Made by a program: the position numbers and the translations under genes. Shown in pieces: positions 41,483-55,055 of a stretch of DNA of 64,000 nucleotides. Under the pieces are notes generated by a model, which was given only the letters and a program-made list of their open reading frames with translations, did no database searches and was not told the origin of the DNA. Source of the stretch: Eledone cirrhosa. Lineage: Eukaryota. How positions within the stretch are numbered: the stretch's first letter is position 1; the number at the start of each line of letters is the position of its first letter. Location of the stretch: NCBI GenBank assembly GCA_964016885.1, contig OZ024741.1:344596001-344660000 (forward strand). The letters run 5' to 3'.

Positions 41483-42961
41483 GTTGATGAATGGCTTGTG
41501 AGAGCTATACAAGCCATGTATAAAGAAACAGTCAGCAAGGTTAGAAAGTTGGTGTTCATCAGGGCTCTGTTCTTAGCCCCCTACTATTTATTATTGCCCT
41601 TCAGGCTATAACAGAGGAGTTCAAGACCGGCTGCCCATGGGAACTCCTATACGCAGATGATTTAACACTCATAGCTGAATCAATGGCTGAACTAGAGAAG
41701 AAATTCCAAATATGGAAGCATGGCCTAGAATCAAAAGGCCTTAAAATTAACCTGTCTAAGACTAAAGTTCTAGTTTGTAGGAAGGAAAATAGGGCACTGG
41801 TCCCATCTGGGAAATGGCCATGCTCAATGTGTAGGAAAGGAGTAGGCAGAAACTTCATTTTATGTCCCAAATGCAAAGTATGGGTGCATAAAAGATGTAG
41901 TGGGATCACAGGTAAGCTAAGAACGTAGATTTTATATGTGGCCGATGCTCAGGTGCAATAAGTAGCAAGTGCCCACAGGATACTAGCTCCTTCTATTGCC
42001 CAGATGGTTCTATAGAAATAGTGGTCACCTAAATCAGCAGTGGTGGAGGGTGCTTTGTAAGTACAGTAGCTAGAGTCAGAACGGGATGGAAAAAGTTCAG
42101 AGAGCTTATAACACTATTGGCCGCTAAAGGGTTCTCTCTAAAAATGAAAGGCAGGCTGTATGATGCCTGCATACAAACAACAATGTTATATGGCAGTGAG
42201 ACTTGGGCATTGTGTGCAGAGTATATACGCAGACTGGAGAGGAACGAAGCTTGCATGCTCCGTTGGATGTGTAATAGTAATATATGTGAACGGCAAAACA
42301 TAAATGAACTAAGGGAAAAATTAGGAATAAGAGGAATCAGATGTTGTTTACTCAAGAGAAAACTATGTTTGTATGTCACGTGATGCGCATGAAAGATGAC
42401 AGCTGTATAAAAAAGTGCAGGGCGATAAAAATAGACGGTAGCCACGGAGTAGGCAGACCCAGAAAAACCTGGGACGACTTGATAAATTTCGGCCACACAC
42501 ACTTACACCTCTCCAAGACAATGTCACTGGACCAAGATCTTTGGCGCTACTCAGTAATACAGAAGACAAGCCTTGCCTAAGTACAAAGCGAAACCTACAG
42601 TCAGTAGGCACTTCTAACAAAAATACCACGCCCGTCCCACCACGCCCACCCCATCCACACCACCCCTTTTGATGTAAAGTTATGTTTGTACCACAACATC
42701 CATTCCGAAATAAATGAAGTCATGTCACGAAAAAAAAAAAAAACACACAGTCCACACTGTAATGTGACCGTGTAGGTAACACGGTAAAAACCTCCCAGAC
42801 CCACACTGTAAACGCGGTTGGTGTTAGGAAGGGCATCCGGCCGTACAAAACCCGCCAGACAGTCCTACACGAGCAAGACAACCAATCTTGCCTCAAGTTG
42901 GAAAACTCCCGTCCAAACCCATGCAAGCGTGGAAGACGGACGTTAAACGATGATGATGATG

Positions 42962-42963
<2 letters not shown>
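41483..42963 (+). mobile_element. RTE family-2 5'-truncated copy with deletions and frameshifts
   Basis: [10 protein letters not shown]..., ELLYADD, Cys finger, 3'UTR, GAT tail. Confidence 0.93.
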
Positions 42964-42993
<30 letters not shown>

Positions 42994-43032
42994 ACATATG
43001 TAATATAATATTATATATATATATATATATAT

Positions 43033-43221
43033 AACGAAGGAAATGTGGTAAGGAACCAGGGGGACTATAATGCACCAAAGTACTCAATACTTTGGGTAGT
43101 AGAGTGGGTAATAGGAACGAGTAGGACCCCGACGGCTGAGCTCAAGCCGTTTCGACGACTAATTCCGTCCAGAATTAGCCGTTGAAATGGCTTGAGCTCA
43201 GCCGTCGGGGTCCTACTCGTT

Positions 43222-43225
<4 letters not shown>
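43033..43225 (-). mobile_element. Penelope-like terminal fragment with fold-back; sibling of 49768-49945
   Basis: Same AACGAAGG end as 49768; inverted arms around ~43165; partial hammerhead GACGG..CCGTC-GAAAC. Confidence 0.65.
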
Positions 43226-43296
<71 letters not shown>

Positions 43297-43332
43297 TTAT
43301 ATATATATATATATATATATGCATATGTAATA

Positions 43333-43378
<46 letters not shown>

Positions 43379-43387
43379 TATGTAATA

Positions 43388-43449
<62 letters not shown>

Positions 43450-43457
43450 TATATATA

Positions 43458-43528
<71 letters not shown>

Positions 43529-43603
43529 AGAAAAAGAGATGAAATCGAAAATGCAACTGGAGTCTTATTTTTTTTTTAAATATATATATTTATTTATATA
43601 TAT

Positions 43604-44609
<1,006 letters not shown>

Positions 44610-44631
44610 TATAATATATATATAATATTAT

Positions 44632-44725
<94 letters not shown>

Positions 44726-44816
44726 TTTACGTCCACTTTTCCCTGCTTGCAAGGGTGGGACGGGAACTGATTCTGGCTTTGTATATATACACACACATAT
44801 GTAATATAATATATTA

Positions 44817-44889
<73 letters not shown>

Positions 44890-44892
<3 letters not shown>

Positions 44893-46018
44893 GCAAAGTT
44901 TGGGTTCATAAAAGATGTAGTGGGATCACAGGTAAGCTAACTAAGAACATAGATTTTACATGTGGCCGGTGTTCTGGGGCAATAAGTAGCAGCAAGTGCC
45001 CACAAAATACTAGCTCTTTCAACTGCGCAGAGGGTTCTATAGAAATAGTGGACAGCTTCTGTTACCTGGGTGACAAAATCAGCAGTGGGGGAGGGTGCTC
45101 TGAAAGTACAGTAGCTAGAGTCAGAACTGGGTGGAAAAAGTTCAGAGAGCTTATACCACTATTAGCCGCTAAAGGGTTCTCCCTAAAAATGAAAGGCAGG
45201 TTGTACGATGCCTGCATACGAACAGCAATGTTGCATGGCAGTGAGACCTGGGCATTGTGTGCAGAGGATATACGCAGACTAGAGAGAAACGAAGCTTGCA
45301 TGCTCCACTGGATGTGTAATAGTAATATACGTGAACGACAAAGCATAAACGAACTAAGGAAAAAATTAGAAATAAGAGGGATCAGATGTTGTTTACTAGA
45401 GAGAAGGCTATGTTGGTATGGTCACGTGATGCGCATGAAGGACGATAGCTGTATAACAAAGTGCAGGGCAATAAAGATAGACGGTAGCCACGGAATAGGC
45501 AGACCCAGAAAAACCTGGGACGAGCTGATAAACTCCGACCTCACACAGTTACACCTCACCAAGACAATGTCACTGGACCGAGACCTTTGGCAGTACTCAG
45601 TAATAGAGAAGACCCGCCTTACCTAAATACAAAGTAAAACCTACTACAGTCAGTAGGCATCTCTAACAAAATACACCCCCGTCCCACCACCCCCACCCCA
45701 TCCACACCGCCCCCTCTATGTAAAGTTATGTTGGTGCCACACCATCCAGGCCGAAACAAATGAGATCGTGTAGGTGTCACGACAAAAAAACACACAGTCC
45801 ACGCTGTAATGTGGCCGTGTAGGCAACACGGTAAAAACCTCCCATACCCACACTGTAAATGTGGTTGGTGTTAGGAAGGGCATCCAACTGTAGAAAACCT
45901 GCCAGACAGTCCTATGCGAGCAAGACAATCACTCTTGCCTCAAGTGGGTAAACCCCCGTCCAAACCCATGCAAGCGTGGAACACGGACGTTAAACGATGA
46001 TGATGATGATGATGATGA
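44890..46018 (+). mobile_element. RTE family-2 5'-truncated copy
   Basis: ORF 45048-45626, 3'UTR, GAT tail. Confidence 0.95.
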
Positions 46019-46127
46019 TATATATGTACTAAAATATATACTTATATGCTAGAGTGAACCTCTTCAAATGAAGTTGATGTTTATTACGGTATGTCGAATA
46101 TATTTATCTATAAAACTGTTTATATTG

Positions 46128-46193
46128 TATTTTGTCTGATGAAGGCATAGCATATTGTTAATATGATATCCCCGAAATATATATAGTGAAATA
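46128..46193 (+). ncRNA. Type I hammerhead ribozyme (family H1)
   Basis: TATTTTGT-CTGATGA-stem II-GAAA-TATATA-TA-GTGAAATA, then the H1 tail ATGGTTTTATAAATATAGTTT. Confidence 0.75.
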
Positions 46194-46231
46194 AATATGG
46201 TTTTATAAATATAGTTTTCCATTTATTTAAT

Positions 46232-46266
<35 letters not shown>

Positions 46267-46280
46267 TAAAATATATTACT

Positions 46281-46311
<31 letters not shown>

Positions 46312-46346
46312 GTATTATAATATATTACTTATATATATATATATTA

Positions 46347-46388
<42 letters not shown>

Positions 46389-46455
46389 TTATATATATAT
46401 AAATATATATATATATATCACTTATATATATATAAATATATATATATATATCACT

Positions 46456-46490
<35 letters not shown>

Positions 46491-46567
46491 GTAATATAAT
46501 ATATTACTTATATATATATATGTATATATATATGTAATCATATATAATGTAATATACTACATACATA

Positions 46568-46618
<51 letters not shown>

Positions 46619-46929
46619 GTGCATACATGTATACATACATATGCATACATGTACACATGTAATATAATACAATACATATATATATATGTGTGCGTGTATG
46701 TGTATCTGTATATATATATATGTGTGTGTGTATCTGTATATATATGTGTGTGTATCTGTATATATATATGTGTGTGTGTAATCATATATAATGCATATAT
46801 ATATATATATACATATATGTATACATATACACACACACACATATATGTAATATAATATATTATATATATACATATATAATATATTATATATATATAAACA
46901 TGTATGTATCATAATATATAATGTAATAT

Positions 46930-49299
46930 AACACTAAATCCCTCCCCCATGAAGAATGCACCTCCCAACATAGACTGATAATTAGCGACCTCATAGTCAG
47001 GACGAGACGTACTCGACAACAGAAGAGGACTATCCTCAGGAGGAAAATATGGAAGCTAAAGGACCCCACAGCCAGGAATAAATTTCAAAGCATATTATTT
47101 GATGCTTTCGACAGTAAGGAAGAACATTTAGAGTCGGACAATATAGAGGGAGAGTGGGAATTTCTGAAAGCAAACCTGCTGTTGGCGACAGACGAGGTCT
47201 GTGGCTGGAGCAGGCCTGTAGGCAGGAGGAGAGTAACATGGTGGTGGAACAGTAAGGTGGAGGGGTCAATTAAGGCCAAAAAGCAGGCTTGGAAAGTATG
47301 GCGGGATGGGGGAAGTAGAGAGGACTATCAAGTGGCCAGGAGGGAAGCTAGGAGACAAGTGTACTTAGCAAGAAGGGAAGCTGAGGAAAGAAAGTTCAAG
47401 CATGTTCTACAACGCGATGACCAAAAACGTGAGGTGTTCAGGATTGCTAGGCAATGCGTCAAGGAAAACCGTGATATTGTCGGGGAGAAGTGTGTACTAA
47501 ACGACGATGGCACACTTGCCATCACCGACGCTGATAAGAAGGTAGCTTGGAAGTGTCACTATGAAAGGCTTCTAAATGAGGAGAATAATTGGGAGAAAGG
47601 CAGTCTCCCCCATATCGACCCAATAGAGGGACCAGCAGTGTTAGTCGAGGGGAGTATAATAAGTAAGGCAATCAAGGATATGAAGACTGGTAAGGCGGCT
47701 GGGCCTTCGGAAATAGTTGCTGAGATGCTGAAGGCATCTGGCACGGTGGGACACACCATGGTCACCCGCATAGTTAACCAAGTCGTACAGAACGGGGTTG
47801 TTCCGAAGGACTGGCATAGCAGCATCATCGTTAACTGTTATAAGGGTAAAGGAGACGCCCTAGATAGGAGTAACTATAGAGGCATTAAATTAATCGACCA
47901 GGTCATGAAGGTCACGGAAAGAGTAATAGCGCAACTAATCAGAGAGAGAATTGACCTAGATGAAATGCAGTTCGGGTTTGTGTCAGGCAAAAGTACCACA
48001 GACGCTCTTTTCATAGTACGACAACTACAGGAGAAGTACCTAGCTAAAGGTAAACCCCTCTACTTAGCTTTTGTCGACTTGGAGAAAGCCTTCGACAGAG
48101 TCCCCCGCTCCATTATCTGGTGGGCTCTTAGAAAACTAGGCGTTGACGAATGGCTTGTGAGGGCTATACAAGCCATGTATAAAGAAACAGTCAGCAAGGT
48201 TAGAATTAACAACGAATATAGTGAAGAGTTTAGCGTAAAAGTCGGCGTCCATCAGGGCTCTGTTCTCAGTCCACTACTATTTATTATTGCCCTTCAGGCT
48301 ATAACAGAGGAGTTCAAGACAGGCTGCCCATGGGAACTCCTATACGCAGACGACCTGACACTCATAGCGGAATCAATGGCCGAGCTAGAGAAGAAATTCC
48401 AAACATGGAAGCACGGCCTAGAGTCAAAAGGACTTAAAATTAACCTGGCTAAGACCAAAGTACTAGTTTGTAGGAAAGAAAACAAGGCGGCGGTCCCTTC
48501 TGGGAAATGGTCGTGCTCGGTGTGTAGGAAAGGCGTAGGTAGAAACTCCATTTTATGTCCTAAATGCAAAGTATGGGTGCATAAAAGATGTAGTGGGATC
48601 ACAGGTAAGCTAACTAAGAACATAGATTTTACATGTGGCCGGTGCTCTGGTGCAATAAGTAGCAGCAAGTGCCCACAAACTACTAGCTCTTTCAATTGCG
48701 CAGAGGGTTCTATAGAAATAGTGGACAGCTTCCGTTACCTGGGCGATAAAATCAGCAGTGGGGGAGGGTGCTCTGAAAGTACTGTAGCTAGAGTCAGAAC
48801 TGGTTGGAAAAAGTTCAGAGAGCTTATACCACTATTAGCTGCTAAAGGGTTCTCACTAAAAATGAAAGGCAGGTTGTACGATGCCTGCATACGAACAGCA
48901 ATGCTGCATGGCAGTGAGACCTGGGCATTGTGTGCAGAGGATATACGCAGACTAGAGAGGAACGAAGCTTGCATGCTCCGCTGGATGTGTAACAGTAATA
49001 TACGTGAACGGCAAAGCATAAACGAACTAAGGAATAAATTAGAGATAAGAGGGATCAGATGTTGTTTACTCGAGAGAAGGCTACGTTGGTATGGACACGT
49101 GATGCGCATGAAAGTCGATAGCTGTATAACAAAGTGCAGGGCAATAAAGATAGACGGTAGTCACGGAATAGGCAGACCTAGAAAAACCTGGGACGAGCTG
49201 ATAAACTCCGACATCACACACTTACACCTCTCCAAGACAATGTCACTGGACCGAGACCTTTGGCGGTACTCAGTAACAGAGAAGACCCGCCTTACCTAA
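46930..49299 (+). CDS. RTE family-2 ORF, 5'-truncated at the end of the APE domain but uninterrupted through RT and C-terminus (element extends to ~49699)
   Basis: Open from NTKSLPHEECTSQHRL; RT motifs [25 protein letters not shown]. Confidence 0.95.
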   Translation, partial: NTKSLPHEECTSQHRLIISDLIVRTRRTRQQKRTILRRKIWKLKDPTARNKFQSILFDAFDSKEEHLESDNIEGEWEFLKANLLLATDEVCGWSRPVGRRRVTWWWNSKVEGSIKAKKQAWKVWRDGGSREDYQVARREARRQVYLARREAEERKFKHVLQRDDQKREVFRIARQCVKENRDIVGEKCVLNDDGTLAITDADKKVAWKCHYERLLNEENNWEKGSLPHIDPIEGPAVLVEGSIISKAIKDMKTGKAAGPSEIVAEMLKASGTVGHTMVTRIVNQVVQNGVVPKDWHSSIIVNCYKGKGDALDRSNYRGIKLIDQVMKVTERVIAQLIRERIDLDEMQFGFVSGKSTTDALFIVRQLQEKYLAKGKPLYLAFVDLEKAFDRVPRSIIWWALRKLGVDEWLVRAIQAMYKETVSKVRINNEYSEEFSVKVGVHQGSVLSPLLFIIALQAITEEFKTGCPWELLYADDLTLIAESMAELEKKFQTWKHGLESKGLKINLAKTKVLVCRKENKAAVPSGKWSCSVCRKGVGRNSILCPKCKVWVHKRCSGITGKLTKNIDFTCGRCSGAISSSKCPQTTSSFNCAEGSIEIVDSFRYLGDKISSGGGCSESTVARVRTGWKKFRELIPLLAAKGFSLKMKGRLYDACIRTAMLHGSETWALCAEDIRRLERNEACMLRWMCNSNIRERQSINELRNKLEIRGIRCCLLERRLRWYGHVMRMKVDSCITKCRAIKIDGSHGIGRPRKTWDELINSDITHLHLSKTMSLDRDLWRYSVTEKTRLT

Positions 49300-49767
49300 A
49301 TATATAGTAAAACCTACTCCAGCCAGTAGGCATCTCTAACAAAATACACCCCGTCCCACCACCCCCACCCCCACCCGATCCACACCACCCCGTTCTATGT
49401 AAAGTTATGTTGGTGCCGCGCCATCGAGGCCGAAACAAATGAGATCGTGTAGGTGTCACGACAAAAAAACACACAGTCCACGCTGTAATGTGGCCGTGTA
49501 GGCAACACGGTAAAAACCTCCCAGACCCACACTGTAAATGTGGTTGGTGTTAGGAAGGGCATCCAACTGTAGAAAACCTGCCAGACAGTCCTATGCGAGC
49601 AAGACAATCACTCTTGCCTCAAGTGGGACTACCCCCGTCCAAACCCATGCAAGCGTGGAACACGGACGTTAAACGTTGATGATGATGATGATGATGATGA
49701 TATATATATATTATGTTACATACATGCATATATATATATATATATTATATATATATATATATATATA

Positions 49768-49945
49768 ACGAAGGAAATGTGGTAAGGAACCAGGTGGACC
49801 ATAACGCACCAAAGTACTCAATACTTGAGGTAGTAGAGTGGGTAATAGGAACCAGTAAGACCCCGACAGCTGAGCTCAAGCCGTTTCGACGGCTAATAGC
49901 CGTCGAAACGGCTTGAGCTCAGCTGTTGGGGTCTTACTGGTTCCT
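49768..49945 (-). mobile_element. Penelope-like terminal fragment ending in a near-perfect ~100-bp palindrome
   Basis: TAGGAACCAGTAAGACCCC...GACGGCTA A TAGCCGTC...GGGGTCTTACTGGTTCCTA. Confidence 0.7.
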
Positions 49946-49976
49946 ATATATATATATTTTTTTTTTTTTTTTTTTT

Positions 49977-52900
49977 TAAATGACCATGCTGTAAAATGGA
50001 GGGGTAGAGAGGACCCTTGAGTCTAGTAAGACATCCTCTCTAGTGCTGGTGGCACAAATAAAAGCACCCAGTCCATGCTGTAAAGTGGCGCTGGTGTTAG
50101 GAAGGGCATCCAACCAGTGTATCAGTGCCAAAAAGCTTATCAGCACAGCAACAAAACAGCATAGAAAAATATGAAGACGTCGCATCTCAGAGTTGCAACA
50201 CTTAATGTTGGCACTCTCAGAGGTAGATCTGCTGAAATAGCGGAGATGCTGGAGAGAAGGCAGGTGGATGTGTGCTGCGTGCAAGAGGTGAGATGGAGAG
50301 GTGCCTCTGCGAGACTAGTCGTAGGCAAGCGTCTTAGCTATAAGCTATTCTGGGTAGGTAAGGATGATGGGTTAGGGGGAGTAGGCATTTTCCTGGCTGA
50401 GAAATGGATCAATAAGACAATAGAGGTAGTTCGAGTTAGTAATCGAATAATTAAGCTTAGATTAGTTGTAGGTAGGAGACTACTGACAATCATCTCGGTC
50501 TATGCTCCCCAAGCAGGCCTAGGCAAAGATGAGAAAGACTGCTTTTATGAGCAACTTTTGCAAACAACCACAATGACAGAGGACGGAGACATCGTTATGC
50601 TAGCAGGAGACTTCAATGGTCATGTTGGACAGCTCCAGGATGGTTACACTGGGGTACATGGTGGGCATGGTTACGGTTCAAGAAATGAAGAAGGAGTGAG
50701 ACTTCTTGAATTTTGTGATGCAAGTACATTGACTATTTGCAACACAAACTTCCAGAAACCTGCCAATCACCTAATAACCTACAAATCTGGTGAGCACATA
50801 AGCCAGATTGACTTCCTGCTAGTTAGGCAGCGGGACAGGCAGATAGTGTCTAATACCAAGGCATACCCTGGGGAAGAATGTACCCCACAGCATAGGTTAG
50901 TTGTTAGTGATATCTCAGTAAGCAAGAGATGGAATGAGCCATATAGGAAGGTGTGGAGAAGAAAGGTCTGGAAGCTAAAAGACCTTTCACTAAAATTCAA
51001 ATTTAGGAAAGCCCTTCAAGATGTATATGACGAAAAAGAAGACGATTTAGAGACGTATGACATAGATAATAACTGGAAGTTCTTACGTGACAACTTGCTG
51101 AAGGCTACTGATGAAACCTGTGGCTGGAGCAGAGCTCCAACCAGACAGAGAGTGACCTGGTGGTGGAACAGCAGTGTAGATAAGGCTATTAGAGACAAAA
51201 GACTAGCATGGAAGGCTTGGAATAAGGGTGGGAGTAGGGAAGAATATACAGCCACTAAGAGAGAAGCTAGACGTCAGGTGTACTTAGCACGCAGGAAGGC
51301 AGAGAGTAGGAGGTTTGCCAATGTTCTGCGACGGGAAGATCAGAGGCGTGCGGTGTTCCACATTGCAAGGCAGTGTGTCAATGCAAATCAGGATGTTGTT
51401 GGTGATAAATGTGTCCGGGATGATGCCGGTGTACTTAGTGTCACGAATGACCAGAAAAAGGAGGCCTGGAAATGTCATTATGAGAGACTGATGAATGTGG
51501 AGAACGAATGGGAGAGAGAGAAATTACCCTTGGTAGATCCGACAGAGGGACCAGCTATTGAGATTGACGAATATAGGGTCCAAGAGGCGATTAGGGAAAT
51601 GAAAAATGGTAAGGCGGCCGGACCATCGGGAATAGTTGCTGAGATGCTGAAGGCATCAGGGGACGTAGGCACTAAACTGGTTGCACGCATAATCAATCAG
51701 GCTATATATGGTGGTGTCATACCCAAAGACTGGTGCAGCAGTATTCTCATAAATTGCTACAAAGGTAAAGGGGATGCTTTGGAGAGGAGCAATTATAGGG
51801 GTATAAAACTGATAGATCAGGTTATGAAAGTGGCAGAAAGGATTTTAGCACAACTAATTAGAGAAAGGGTCAAACTAGATGAGATGCAGTTTGGTTTTGT
51901 GCCTGGGAAGAGTACAACAGATGCCCTCTTCTTGGTGAGACAAATGCAAGAGAGGTTCTTAGAGAAGAATAAGCCACTATACTTGGCTTTTGTTGACCTA
52001 GAGAAGGCCTTTGATAGGGTACCCCGATCTGTCATCTGGTGGTCCCTAAGGAAGCTGGGTGTTGAGGAATGGCTTGTAAGGACAGTGCAAACTTTGTACA
52101 GAGGTACTCTCAGTAAAGTCAGGGTAGGAATGGAGTTTAGTGAGGAATTCCAGATACAAGTAGGAGTACATCAGGGTTCGGTCCTCAGCCCGCTCTTGTT
52201 CATTATAGTCCTCCAAGCCATAACAGAGGAGTTTAAGACTGGCTGTCCATGGGAACTTCTCTATGCTGACGATCTGGCTCTTATGGCAGAATCAGTAGAG
52301 GAGCTAGAGAATAAATTCCGGCTATGGAAACAGCAGTTGGAAGCAAGAGGACTGAGAGTAAATCTAGCTAAGACAAAAGTGTTGATGAGTAGAAAAGAGG
52401 ACAAAACCCTGATTCCGTCAGGGAAATGGCCATGTTCGATATGCAGAAAAGGAACTGGCATAAATTCTATAAAATGCACACAATGTAGGTCCTGGGTACA
52501 CAAGAGATGTAGCGGGATAGCAGGCAAACTAACAGGTAGGGAGAAATATGTATGCAGTAGATGTACAGGGAAATTAGACAGTAGAAGTCGCACTGATAGA
52601 CACATTTTTCAAATGCGAGAGGGCGCTATAGAAGTGGTGGATAGCTTCCGGTACCTAGGAGATCAGATTAGCATGGGAGGAGGGTGTTCCGAGGCCATAG
52701 TATCTAGAATAAGGACGGGTTGGAAGAAGTTTAGGGAGCTGCTTCCTCTGTTGACGAAGAAGGGTTTCTCCCTGCGTACGAAAGGCCGGTTGTACGATGC
52801 CTGTGTGAGGAGCGCGATGCTGCATGGTAGTGAGACATGGGCAGCTACCGCAGAAGATATGCGACGGCTGGAGAGAAATGAGGCAAGCATGCTCCGTTGG

Positions 52901-53240
52901 ATGTGCAGTGTAAATGTGCGTGAACGACCCAGCATAAATGTGTTGAGAGAGAAACTGTGTCTGAGAGGGATAGAATGTAGTGTACGGGAGAGGAGACTGA
53001 GGTGGTATAGACATGTGATGCGCATGGAGGATGACCGATGGGTGAAGAAGTGCCAGGAAATGCCAGTTGAAGGAAGACGTAGTAGAGGTAGACCACGAAA
53101 AACATGGGCGGAGGTGGTGAGAACAGACCTCAGATCATTGAAGCTCACGGTGGAGATGACGAGGGACCGTGACGAGTGGAGAGATGCTGTGCTGAATAAG
53201 ACCCGTCCCACCCTTGCAAGCAGGGAAAAGCGGACGTAAA

Positions 53241-53270
<30 letters not shown>
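49977..53270 (+). mobile_element. Full-length RTE LINE (family 1) with 5'UTR and (GAT)n tail
   Basis: Single ORF; ~190-bp 5'UTR; duplicated flank TATTATGTTACATACATGCATATA at ~49709 and ~53280. Confidence 0.97.
50171..53239 (+). CDS. RTE LINE polyprotein: AP endonuclease, reverse transcriptase, Cys/His finger; 1022 aa, intact
   Basis: APE motifs TLNV, VQEVRW, SVYAPQ, GDFNGH, IDF, QHRL; RT motifs QFGF, DLEKAFD, QGSVLSP, YADD. Confidence 0.97.
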   Translation: MKTSHLRVATLNVGTLRGRSAEIAEMLERRQVDVCCVQEVRWRGASARLVVGKRLSYKLFWVGKDDGLGGVGIFLAEKWINKTIEVVRVSNRIIKLRLVVGRRLLTIISVYAPQAGLGKDEKDCFYEQLLQTTTMTEDGDIVMLAGDFNGHVGQLQDGYTGVHGGHGYGSRNEEGVRLLEFCDASTLTICNTNFQKPANHLITYKSGEHISQIDFLLVRQRDRQIVSNTKAYPGEECTPQHRLVVSDISVSKRWNEPYRKVWRRKVWKLKDLSLKFKFRKALQDVYDEKEDDLETYDIDNNWKFLRDNLLKATDETCGWSRAPTRQRVTWWWNSSVDKAIRDKRLAWKAWNKGGSREEYTATKREARRQVYLARRKAESRRFANVLRREDQRRAVFHIARQCVNANQDVVGDKCVRDDAGVLSVTNDQKKEAWKCHYERLMNVENEWEREKLPLVDPTEGPAIEIDEYRVQEAIREMKNGKAAGPSGIVAEMLKASGDVGTKLVARIINQAIYGGVIPKDWCSSILINCYKGKGDALERSNYRGIKLIDQVMKVAERILAQLIRERVKLDEMQFGFVPGKSTTDALFLVRQMQERFLEKNKPLYLAFVDLEKAFDRVPRSVIWWSLRKLGVEEWLVRTVQTLYRGTLSKVRVGMEFSEEFQIQVGVHQGSVLSPLLFIIVLQAITEEFKTGCPWELLYADDLALMAESVEELENKFRLWKQQLEARGLRVNLAKTKVLMSRKEDKTLIPSGKWPCSICRKGTGINSIKCTQCRSWVHKRCSGIAGKLTGREKYVCSRCTGKLDSRSRTDRHIFQMREGAIEVVDSFRYLGDQISMGGGCSEAIVSRIRTGWKKFRELLPLLTKKGFSLRTKGRLYDACVRSAMLHGSETWAATAEDMRRLERNEASMLRWMCSVNVRERPSINVLREKLCLRGIECSVRERRLRWYRHVMRMEDDRWVKKCQEMPVEGRRSRGRPRKTWAEVVRTDLRSLKLTVEMTRDRDEWRDAVLNKTRPTLASREKRT

Positions 53271-53272
<2 letters not shown>

Positions 53273-53298
53273 ATATATATATTATGTTACATACATGC

Positions 53299-53396
<98 letters not shown>

Positions 53397-54177
53397 TATA
53401 TATATATATATAATATATTACATATGTATATATATATATATATAATATATTATAGTACATATATGTGTATATATATATATAAAACAAATTAAGATGACAG
53501 ATAAAAGTTCATGTTATATTATATGTATGTATACACTCATAAACAAAATGGTTGACTTCAGAAGCACTGGAAAATTGGAAACATGTACATCCCAGTGCAA
53601 AATAATATTGGATACATGATAGTTGAGGAAATGAGGAACCTGATTTTATCAACTATTATTATGGTCATTTGCATTGGGACATATGCATGCCAAACATCAT
53701 ATATATATATATATATAAGAAATAAGTTACATAATCATGTTTATTATACGTATTTCTGTGATACCAGCACAGAGCTGTTATGGAAGCATTACAGCAGCAA
53801 CCGGCACTGGTGTGATCTCATCAGATGTTAACAGAATTATGCTAGTGGGTCGATATGTTGTTAGCTAATGCTATCATGTTTGCGAAAATCAGGTGAACAT
53901 ATCTATATATCCATCTATCTATCTATCTATATGGCTCAGTGGTTAGAGAATCGGATTCACAATCATGATATTGTGAGTTTGATTCCCGGACTGGGTGATG
54001 CGTTATGTCCTTGAGCAAGATATTTTATTTCACATTGCTCCTTCTACCTGGATTTGCGACCGACAGATAGAATTAGCAATTGGAAAGACGAAAGGGAACA
54101 TCATTTCCTCGGTCTGATTTGACGAGCTCCTTCCCATTCGTTATGCAAATGAGGTCTGGGATCTTATCGATTGATTG

Positions 54178-54214
<37 letters not shown>

Positions 54215-54221
<7 letters not shown>

Positions 54222-54756
54222 ATAACAAAAAGCATCCACCCCACACTGTAAAGTGGTCATGTATGTGTCATGACAAAAACCACCCAGCCCATACTATAAA
54301 GTGGTTTTGTAGGTGTCACAACAAAAAGCACCTAGTACTCACTGTAAATGTGGTTAGCATTAGGAAGGGTATCCAGCTGTAGAAACTTGGCCAAATCAGT
54401 TCTGTATGAGCAAGACATGGTCATCTGACCCAACTAGCCCCAAGTAGGACAACCCATCTAACCCATGCTATCCCACTACCCTATCCTCCCACCCCCATCA
54501 ACAGCACCCCTTTCTCTGTAAAGTTATGTTGGTACCACCACATCCAGTTCTAAATAAATGAGGTTGTGTAGGTGTCACGGTAAAAACCTCCCAGACCCAC
54601 ACTGTAAATGTGGTTGGTGTTAGGAAGGGCATCCAGCCGTAGAAAACCTGCCAGACAGTCCTATACGAGCGAGAAAACCAATCTTGTCTCAAGCGGGACA
54701 ACTCCCGTCTAAACCCATGCTAGTGTGGAAGATAGACATTAAACGATGATGATGAT
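54215..54756 (+). mobile_element. RTE-related UTR/SINE tail fragments
   Basis: Repeated CACTGTAAA.TGGT and TTAGGAAGGG.ATCC motifs, GAT tail. Confidence 0.75.
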
Positions 54757-55055
54757 GTACGTATATTATTATGAATAAATTCTCAACACAGTCGCATGCT
54801 ATGTAAGGTTTCCAAGCTTACTCTAGCATTGTATTGGCTTGAAAACTTCATGTAGTATGTAACTGTGTTGAGAATTTATTTATATGTTTAACCTAGAACC
54901 CTCTTATTCCTTTATTCAGTCTATATAAAATCTTAACACTATATATGCACACACACACACATATATATATTTATATATACATCATCATCATCATCATTGT
55001 AATTTTAACGTCTGCTTTCCCTGCTAACATATATATAAATATATATATATAAATA

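Noticed and set aside
53560-53830. Unique-looking 82-aa ORF after the RTE
   Set aside because: Interrupted by a TA run, no motif, no strong splice sites
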